NCBI RefSeq assembly: GCF_009914755.1
Contig: NC_060940.1
DNA length: 64,000 nucleotides
Origin: the human T2T-CHM13v2.0 reference genome, Homo sapiens
Reading direction: 5' to 3' (one strand)
Positions 55,475-64,000 of the stretch are shown here, in pieces. The notes beneath the pieces are model-generated. The model searched no databases. It was not told the origin of the DNA and worked only from the letters and a program-made list of their open reading frames with translations. A program made the position numbers and the translations under genes. Each line of letters opens with the position of its first letter. Position 1 is the first letter of the stretch.

Positions 55475-55853
55475 TGTAGGGTGAACTGTGCCCTTGGTTC
55501 CAGCTCCCCAACCCTCAGCCTGCTGTTGCTGAACTGAGGGAGCCCACGTGGGTGGGATGACAGGCTCCGCCCCTTCATGTGGCCTCAGCCACGTGGCTCA
55601 CTTGGCCAATGGGATGTCAGCAACCACAGGGGGCGGGGCTCACGGTTTCTTTGCCAGGCCATGAGCACGTGCTGGGCTAAGGCTGCAGTGAGAGACGGCC
55701 GCCCAGGTCAGTGAGGCCAAGAGCAGTGGAGCTGCCCAGCAAACTCGAACTCACCCTGGGCACGTGCACCCTCTGCGCATATTGTTCTTCTGTTCCCAAG
55801 GTGTCGTGCTGGTTGTTACGCGGTACTGTTCCTTCAAGCATAACCAGTAATAC
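55475..55853 (+). mobile_element. Old MLT1 (I/J-like) LTR
   Basis: GCCACGTGGCTCACTTGGCCAATGGGATG and terminal GGTTGTTACGC...CCAGTAATAC motifs. Confidence 0.55.
55540..55770. promoter_or_regulatory. Candidate promoter/enhancer motif cluster (4 CACGTG, 2 GC boxes, CCAAT)
   Basis: Motifs read directly; activity not demonstrated. Confidence 0.4.
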
Positions 55854-56259
55854 CTGACAAGTGTTTAGGTCACAGCCTGTGCCCACGTCTGACTCCAGCA
55901 TCCCTGTGCCTCCCACTCAGTTTGTACTGTGGTTCTCATAATTATTAGCATTCTCATTGAAGCCTAGGGTTTAAATTCTTGGAGAATATAGAAGCTATTG
56001 TTGGGTGAGTGGGCTTTAGCTATTGAGGCTGGCAGGGCGAGTGGGACGGATGTGATCTCAACAGTTTGTGGAAGTCAGAATATAGCCCATGCCATGTCGT
56101 GGAAGCCTGCCCACATGTCCTGGTCTGCTTCTCATCTTGTTAGATGGAGGCCCCCAGTCAGCCCCTTTCCTTCCTGCTCAACCATGGCCACGTGCCTGGC
56201 AAAAGCCCTCTCTTATTTTCCTCTACCCCGCTAGGAAATAATGCGATTACGGATCCTAA

Positions 56260-56470
56260 CACCAATACCAACAGCGAAGTGCACTGAGAACACTCTCTCT
56301 GACAGTGGCCACTCTAAGTCTTACACGTATATATTGTCCCATTTAATCCTTCCCACATACGGTGGGGTCTTATCATGGCCATTTTACACATGGGAAAACC
56401 AAGGGCCGGTTCTTAGAACCCTGATCAAAGTGACCTCACCATTGGTTTCTGGAAGAACTGCAGACTAGGG
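56260..56470 (-). mobile_element. MIR
   Basis: CATTTAATCCTTC...CCATTTTACACATGGGAAAAC. Confidence 0.6.
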
Positions 56471-56872
56471 AAGTGCTGTTTCCACGACCGAGCATCTGAA
56501 AATGTTATTGCGAGGATTGCTGACAACGTGGACATTCATGGCATTTCTGTCACTCATTCAACAATCTGATTTGATGGTAATCATTATTCATGAGGTCATA
56601 TAACAAAGTGTTTCGGCTTCAAAATGCATGAAACAAAAACTGATAGAGCTAACAGGAGAAAGAGTAAAATCCATAACTACAGTTGGAGATTCCAATACTC
56701 CTATCCCAATAATTGATGGAACAAATAGACAAAAATGATCATGACATACAGAAAACTTGAACAACATTATACACCAGCCGGATTTAACTGACAGTTACAG
56801 AACGCGCTGCCCATGTGCACATGAAAAGAACGTGCACATGGCGTGCTGAGCAAGGTAGACCATGTTCTAGGC

Positions 56873-57062
56873 CACTATGGCCCATGGCCTGTTTTTTATT
56901 GTACAGACCATGACCTAAAAGTGATCTCTGTATTTTTAAAGGGTTGCACAAAATACAACAAAACTAAAGAAAGAAGAACATGCAGCAGTGACAACTCTGT
57001 GGCTGGTAAAGCCTAAAATATTTGCTCTCTGGCCCTTTCCAGAAAAACCTTCTCTGCCCCTG
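56873..57062 (+). mobile_element. MER58-type hAT element
   Basis: AAAGCCTAAAATATTT...TCTGGCCCTTT...CCCCTG end; probable 8-bp TSD TTCTAGG(C/T). Confidence 0.75.
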
Positions 57063-57698
57063 TTCTAGGTCAGAAAATAAGCCTCAATAAATTAAAAATA
57101 ATTTTTTAAAATTTTTTAAAAATTTAGAATTTAAATGTAAACTTGACCACATTTAAACTTAAATTTAAATTTAAATCTGACCACAGTGAAATTAAACTAG
57201 AAACTATCAACATTAAGGTATATGAAAAAAAATCCCCAAATATCTGGAAATAGACCAATGAAATAGACCAGAGTCCATCAACAGGTGCTTTTTGAGGGAT
57301 TTATTACACAGTGAAGAAGGCACTCCAATACATCATGAAGAGTATCTAGCATTCAGTAGTGTTGGGACAACTGGAAAAAGCATGAAAGTAAAAAACTGAA
57401 GTCTAAAAATGTTAGGAATAAATGTAGAAGAACGTGTTTGCAACTTTGAAGATAGAAAAACTTTCCTTACAACATAAATGCAAAAGTAAAAAAGGAAATA
57501 AATGACAAATTGAACTGTGTAAAAAATAATATGATAACACCATAAAATGAAAATTGAGGTAACCAACTGGGAAAAAATACTTGCAAAATATGAAACAGGG
57601 AAATGAATAATATCCAAGATAGAGCCCTCTTAAAAATCAGGCATAAAAAGATAGACACACACATAGATGTATAAATAGAAAAATGATCAAAGGATAAG

Positions 57699-58000
57699 CT
57701 TTGGGAGGCTGAGGCAGGAGGATGGCTGAGGCAGGAGAGTTGCTTGAAGCCAGGAGTTAGAGACCAGCCTGGGCAACAAAGTGAGACCTCCGTCTCTACC
57801 CCACCCCCAAAAAAAAAAAAATTGGCATGGTGCTGCACACCTGTAGTTCCAGCTACTTGGGAGGCTGAGGTGAGAGGATCCCTTGAGCCCAGGATTTTGA
57901 GGCTTCAGTGAGCTATGATGGCACTACTGTACTCCAGTCTCTGAGGCAGAGCAAGACCCAGTCTTTAAAACAAACAAACAAACAAACAAACAAACAAAAC
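57699..58000 (+). mobile_element. 5'-truncated AluJ with (AAAC)n tail
   Basis: GGATCCCTTGAGCCCAGG in the right arm; duplicated GGCTGAGGCAGGAG in the left arm. Confidence 0.88.
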
Positions 58001-59690
58001 AACCCCAAGATATTGTTTTTCTTTTATCAGTAATAATGAAAGAATTGATCATAGCCAGCATTGGGGATAGGATGGAGAGCAGGGTGACTCTCTTGGTGGC
58101 CCATAAATTGGCATGTTGTTTTTGGAATCAATTAGACAATACCTATTCTAGTTGAAAACTACTAAACTCTTCACCACAGACATCAATTTTGGTATCCATT
58201 TTGGAAAATAAATACCCACATGTGAACAAAGAGGCAGGTCTGAGATATTCACTGGAAACATTTTTATGATAGTATCATGAGTAATGCATGAACATGTGAC
58301 CACTCCCTGCAGCTCATTTGGATCTCTAGGCATCTTTGCAAACCCCACCGAGCTTGGGTGCTTAAATGCGAATTTGTGACAACTGGAAGTACCGAAATGA
58401 CTATCAATATAAAAACGGTAAAACAAACGATGATGTTTCTACACTGAGTATTGTGCATTGGTTTAAAAAACGAGGTTGTGAAGTACTGTAGACATGGAAA
58501 GGTCTCTAAGACATATTGCTGGGAGAAAAAGTGAGCTTCTGAATAATGTGTTCAATATTATGCCATTTATGTGTAAGAACACAAGGTGGTAAATATTGTA
58601 TGGATACACACTTATATGTGTGTGGATTCATAGAACACTGTCTTGAGGGATACATAGCAAATTGGCCAGCAGTTTTCTCTTGGTGTAGAGCTTATAGGTG
58701 GTTTTCATCATTTCTCTGTGCTTTTGTCTATTTTTCCAGATAGAGATTACTTTTGAAATTTAAAAAAAGTTAAAAATCAGCACGTGAGTGATAATGAGTT
58801 TTACAGCATATTTATCTACTCTATAAGGGAAAGCAGTCTTCCTGCTGTTAAGTCCAGGCAAGTTCAATATGCTTTTCGGTTTTCAAAGCTATGTCCATTT
58901 ATAATTTTATTTTATCCTTGTAAATCCATCCTGAGCTGAGGGAGCTAATCGGCCTTCGTGTGAGGGTGCCTGAAGATGTTTTAGGCATTTTTATTTTATT
59001 CTCAACTCTAATTCGAGCAGGGAAGAGTTGGCCTTTTCACCTAACATCTGATATGTCCCTCTCACACTCCTTAATACTCTGTCTCCCAGGGGTGGCCTCG
59101 TGCCAGACCCTCCAGAATCCAAGGCCCCTTGGTGACGCATTCACCCAGGGTGAGAGAAGACCCTCACCAAGGTGACAGGTAAGGGAGCCACATCGCCAGG
59201 CCAGCACCCGCCCCACCCCCTGCCATCCTGATCTCTAGGAGTCTTTGTATACCCCACCAAGCTTGGAAGCTTAAATCTTAATTTGTGACAAAGCTTACAG
59301 AGACCACACTAAATAGGAAGTCTTCATTTTTCTGAGCATATTGGGGACCTAAGAGGCCGAGGAGAGGAGCATTGGAGGAATTTCTGAAGAGAAGGCAGAG
59401 GAGGAAGCAGCGGGCCAGGGAAGGGGGAACAAGTGTCCGGGATGTCACCTTCCTTGTTCAAAGTCTGAGAGAGTGCCTAAGGGAAAACTGCCTTCGAAGG
59501 GCAGCATTGTAGGCAAATGCTGCTTTCTTTTCTCAACGCAGCCACCCCAGAGCCCTCGGAATCCTGGTTCTAGTGTTCTGCGGTAGGTTTGTCCAATCCT
59601 GGGTCATGAAGCACTGCTGAGTAGGGACATCGATTTAGCCAGGTGTAGCCAAATTATGAAAAGTAAATACACTTAGAAAAATGAAATAGA

Positions 59691-59850
59691 CCAGCACTCT
59701 CAAACTGTAATATGCATCATCATGCTGCCAGGAGAGCTTGTTAAAATGCAGGTTGACACCGTGCAGGTCTGCATTGGGGCCCTGGATTCTGCATTTCCAA
59801 CTCAGGTGACTCTGAAGCCACTGGTCCAGGGACCACACTTTGAGTAGGGA
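59691..59850. mobile_element. MER5A hAT element
   Basis: GAGCTTGTTAAAATGCAG...TTCTGCATTTCCAAC...GGTCCAGGGACCACACTTTGAGTAG. Confidence 0.8.
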
Positions 59851-62480
59851 AGGACAAGGGGTTAAGCTGGACCAGACTGGGACAAAATGTTTCAGCATGT
59901 AATGCACATCAGATCACATCTAGTTTTTCGAGCATTTACTTCAAATGGGTGTGTGCACATGTGTGCGTACTGTGTTGACATGCGTACTCTTGTAACAGAA
60001 TGTGGTTCAAAACACTGAACTAGAAGTAGGACTCGAGTCCAAGGAAGACACACTCAGGTGGCTTCTGACTATGCATCATTTTGACTAGATTTTAAACATG
60101 AAGACGTCCATCAGGAACATACTTCTTATCTAGTCCCACGTTGCTTCCAATACGAACATTTGAACTTGTGCCATTTCCTGTGGTGAGGGCTTACACAGAG
60201 GGGTGAGAAGGGCATATCTATTTTGGATTCTCATTTCAAAACCTCCCAATATCATCGAAATCAACTGGCACAAACAGAGCGCCTGGGAGTTTCTTTCATA
60301 GAAATGGCCAAGTTTGTCTATCAATGGAGCACACGCGAGCCGGGCGGAAGAGCACGCCAATGGCCGCTCCATCAACTCTGGCAGATGTGTACATTACGCC
60401 TTTTGATCTCAGAGGATGCTGTATTTAGATGACATAATATGCTTTTGGTTATCTTTCTTGAAGGTAGAAGGGGACGTAAGCAGATATCCACTTTTGCAAG
60501 ATAAAATTAGCACCTCTTTGCTGGAAGATAAACATTTCGGCAGGAAAGCCCTGATTAAAGTACAAAGCAGCCAGGGGGTATTAGGCTGCGCCCCTTTGAG
60601 CGAAATTCCTATTTATAATAAAAGGAAATAACATTGGTATGACATAGGGCAACAAAGAGAAGCCACCTACCACAGCCTCAAAGAAATAGCGTCGTTATTG
60701 CAGGCTTTCTGGAAAGTTCCACTGTGATTTGGTTCCACAAAGGCCAACACTGGGGTTTAGGGGAGGAAAGGGGAGAGGGAGGCATTCCGTTGGTCTAGAC
60801 CCTTTCTGCTCCCACGCTCCAGGGCTGCAGGAACAGTTGTGTGGTTTGCTGACTACGGCAGGGCAGCCTGGCCAGGGCGGGGAGTGGGGGCAGCTCCGAA
60901 GTTATTCACCCCAATGGAGAGCCCAGTCTGCCTGCAGAGGGACACTGTTTTGATCATTCTGGCAAAGGCACCTGGTGGGTTCACCAAGGCAGTCCTTCTA
61001 TTCCTCTAAGATACCTCTGCCCACTCCCATTTTTGTGCTGTGTCCACAGAGACCCGTGTTCCCCAGAATGATGTTCCCTCTCAGTAGCCACTCATGGAAC
61101 GGTGGATAGGAAAATCCCTGGTCTCACTTGCAGCTGGGAAGACAGTCTAGCAGTGCACGTTGTTCCAGACTCTTCATCTTTCTCCACTGGATGGCCGTCT
61201 TTCAAAATGAGAGCACGCTAGCACCAGGAAGCTGCCTAAACTGTGTTTGCTGAAACTTGCAGAAATTCCCAGCAGCTTTGTAGCTCCTCACTTCTTCCTT
61301 TCTGCAGGAGGCATGTAAGGAAGTCCAGTTATTCATTCAACAGATATTTATGGCTGTTTGTTATGTACCAGCCACTGCCAATGCTGAAGGTCCATGGTGG
61401 TGAGGCAGTGGGGAGCCCTGTCCTCACCGCCTGGCAGATGGCAGGCCAGGTGTGGTGAGGGCCATGGGAAGGGGATTTCACAACACAACAATCCTCGAGA
61501 CTCTGGGGTTCGGCCTCTGCATGCATCCAAGGGATGAATCAGAGGCATCCAGATAATGAGGGGAGACCGATGGAGAGGAACCTGCATGTGCAGTGTCTCA
61601 GAGGCAGGTGGATTGAGGGTAGATCTGCTTGGCTGGGCTCCACAGATGGGAGAAGGCTGGCGTGGGAGCCAGGACCCAGCGTTCAGAGCCCTGTAAAACA
61701 CACGGGTATCACACATCCCAGTTTGCCTGTTGCACGTCCCAAGTTTGTGACTGTTGTTCCACTGTGATTATTGGCAACATCCCCCTTGACTCTCAAAAGT
61801 GTCCAGGTTGGAGCAACGAACCATACAGACACTCTAGAAGGATTTAATAAGCAAGAAGATGACATATTTGTGCTTGCTGATGAAAGAGCACTCAGGCTGC
61901 CCTGCAAGAATGGCTCAGAGTCAGGGAGGGCGGATGGGGAAAAAATGGCCATTGACCAGGGTAATGGCTTTGAGGGAAAAGAAATAATCAGAGCTTTGGG
62001 AGGTTCCTAGACACTGGCTCTGAACTGATACTAATTCTAGGAGACCTAAAAAGTCACTGGGATTACCAATATGACCAGGGGCTTATGGAAGCCAACTGAA
62101 CTGTGGAGTTCTAGCTTAGGTCTCTCCTAACGTGGGCCCGGCGGGTCCCTGAACCTGTCCTCTGGTTATTTCCCCAGTGCTAGGGTGCGTCACTGGAATA
62201 GACATATCCATTTCGCTGGCAGATGATGGGGAGAGAAAAGCGGTTTGTCGGGCAATTTCTGGTTACAGTTGATTACAGCGATTCTGATTCCAGGCTGCTC
62301 TTCATTTATGCACAGTCCTGGGTTACCTGAGAGTAAGGACTGTCCAGAAGGGGCTGCCTCCCATTTTCAGAATCCCCTTCAGGTCTGGGCTCACTGGTGG
62401 ACCTGCACAGGCTTTGTGTTAACCATTTGTTTCTCCTATTTGGGAGCTCCCGCAGCACCCAGCTAGAAGGGGCTCCAAAA

Positions 62481-62656
62481 TTATAAAGATGCATGGGTTA
62501 TAAAGATGCGTGGATTATAAAGATGCATGGGTTATAAAGATGCGTGGATTATAAAGATGCATGGGTTGTAAAGATGCATGGATTATAAAGATGCATGGGT
62601 TATAAAGATGCATGGATTATAAAGATGCATGAGTTGTAAAGATGCATGGATTATAA
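62481..62656 (+). repeat. 17-bp minisatellite (TTATAAAGATGCATGG[G/A]), about 10.3 copies
   Basis: Ten complete units counted directly. Confidence 0.97.
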
Positions 62657-63822
62657 TGAAGCCTGAACTCGTTGACATCTTCCATAACAGTGAAGGCCGA
62701 CATGGCCTAGAGCTCATGCTGCTATTTTGTGGTTTGCACCTCTGAAGAGGGCAAGGACTTGGCCTGAGCCCACACTTCCTGCTTTAGAGGGCCCTCCCCA
62801 CCCTGCGTTCAGGTCCCCAAAGCTCCTCATCCATCCTGGTTTTGCAGCCGTTTATACCTTGATGTGAATATCTGTTCTAGCATTTTCATTCCTCTTGGGG
62901 GAAGATGCATTTTTAGGGATCACATTTTGTGGTGAAACGTTTCAGTGAGACAGGCAGAGACAAGAGACACTTTTGGAGTGTGCCTGTGATAACGTGGATT
63001 TCCCTTGCTGTCCTTCTCTGAGGATCACTGAGCCCTTGGCCGTCAGTTCTCCAGGCTGCCCGGGGCTGCGGTGGCTGCACCTGCTCTTCTAGGGAGGATC
63101 CCAGGGACTTACCTCCCTATATCTGACATCCCCTCCTTGACTCTGAGTCTCTTTTGATGACAGACAAGTTCAGTGAAACCAATTCCCTGTTCAGCCTTCC
63201 TGTTATCACCTGTGTGGCTCTTCCAACTGCAGCCTCTATTTAGCTAATCTGGAAAAACAGTCCCTCCATCCCCACCCCATGTTCCCTCTTCCAAATGAAA
63301 ATATTTTTTTTTCATTTTTGAGAAATAGATTTGATATTTGATACATCAAAGAGAGGAGGAAAAGTTTCCATGTAATTTCTACTTTACAGTCAGGAGAGAT
63401 TTTATTTTTAATCACATCTTTGTAAGCCTTATGTAGGGGCTTGGCATAATCCATCTGGGGCTACTTCAAGGATTCTTTTTGCTTAAAACCTCCAAGATCT
63501 TCCCTCCTTAGAGCGAATATTCCCTGCAGGATTTTAAGTGTCACCTGATCCACTTCAGCACTTAATCCAGCCCATAGCAGATTCAGACAAGCACTGAAAA
63601 GATAGTAGTGTGCCCCCATGCTCTGAGAAATTCAACAGAAATGCAATACTAAACCTCCAAAAATGTAAGAAAAGCCAGCAAAGAGCAGAGGATCATAATT
63701 GCATTTTGCAGTCATCGTATTTCATGTGTTGATTTGCTTTATTGGTTCATCTTCTGTTACTTACTCCTTCTTTTAATTGTTTTCTGTTTTGATGCCTTTT
63801 CAGTCATCTTCTTTGTAAGATA

Positions 63823-64000
63823 CAGTAGTCCCCCTTTGTCCTCGAGGGAGATGTTCTAGACCCCCAGTGGATGGTTGCAACTGTGGATGGTATGGAACCC
63901 TGTGTATACTAGGGTTTTCCTGTACGGACCCATGATAAAGTTTAATTTATAACTGAGGCACAATACGAGAGTAAGAACAGTGAATAATAATAAAATAGAA
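63823..64000 (+). mobile_element. MER44/Tigger7-type DNA transposon, runs off the window
   Basis: TA|CAGTAGTCCCCC...GACCCCCAGTGGATG...ATGATAAAGTTTAATTTATAA. Confidence 0.82.

Larger units (their letters stand above)
56590..58770 (+). mobile_element. Old L1M fragments (ORF2 and 3' UTR) interrupted by MER58 and AluJ
   Basis: TACAGTTGGAGATTCCAATACTCC, AAACTTGAACAAC, CTGACCACAGTGAAATTAAACTAGAA. Confidence 0.7.

Noticed and set aside
62481-62656. CRISPR-like array (also 32745-32833)
   Set aside because: Head-to-tail tandem units with no unique spacers, in eukaryotic DNA with no cas genes

Overview
This is primate (most likely human) non-coding euchromatic DNA, not prokaryotic. About half of it is interspersed repeats: about 21 Alus (J, S and Y types, several 5'-truncated with clear target-site duplications, TSDs), a near full-length Tigger1 DNA transposon, many ERVL-MaLR LTRs (MLT1A/C/J-like, MSTB), one LTR-internal-LTR MaLR provirus with its TSD still visible, three LTR16-type LTRs, MLT2, a MER4-group LTR, old L1M and L2 fragments, a 5'-truncated L1PA, MIRs and small MER/MADE elements. 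I recognise no intact protein-coding gene, RNA gene or CRISPR array. The long ORFs in the track come from Alu, Tigger1, L1 or simple repeats. I did not find a convincing novel coding system. The most interesting signals are regulatory or structural. They are a cluster of four palindromic CACGTG E-boxes with GC and CCAAT boxes in an old LTR (55.5 kb), an ETS-motif minisatellite inside an MLT1C LTR (32.7 kb), a 1.1-kb AT island with a perfect 56-bp palindrome, a 17-bp minisatellite with dimeric higher-order structure, several repeat-free motif-dense enhancer candidates, and a few splice-signal-bounded candidate non-coding exons. Repeat subfamily names come from remembered consensus sequences and need RepeatMasker/Dfam confirmation. 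I could not identify the locus.
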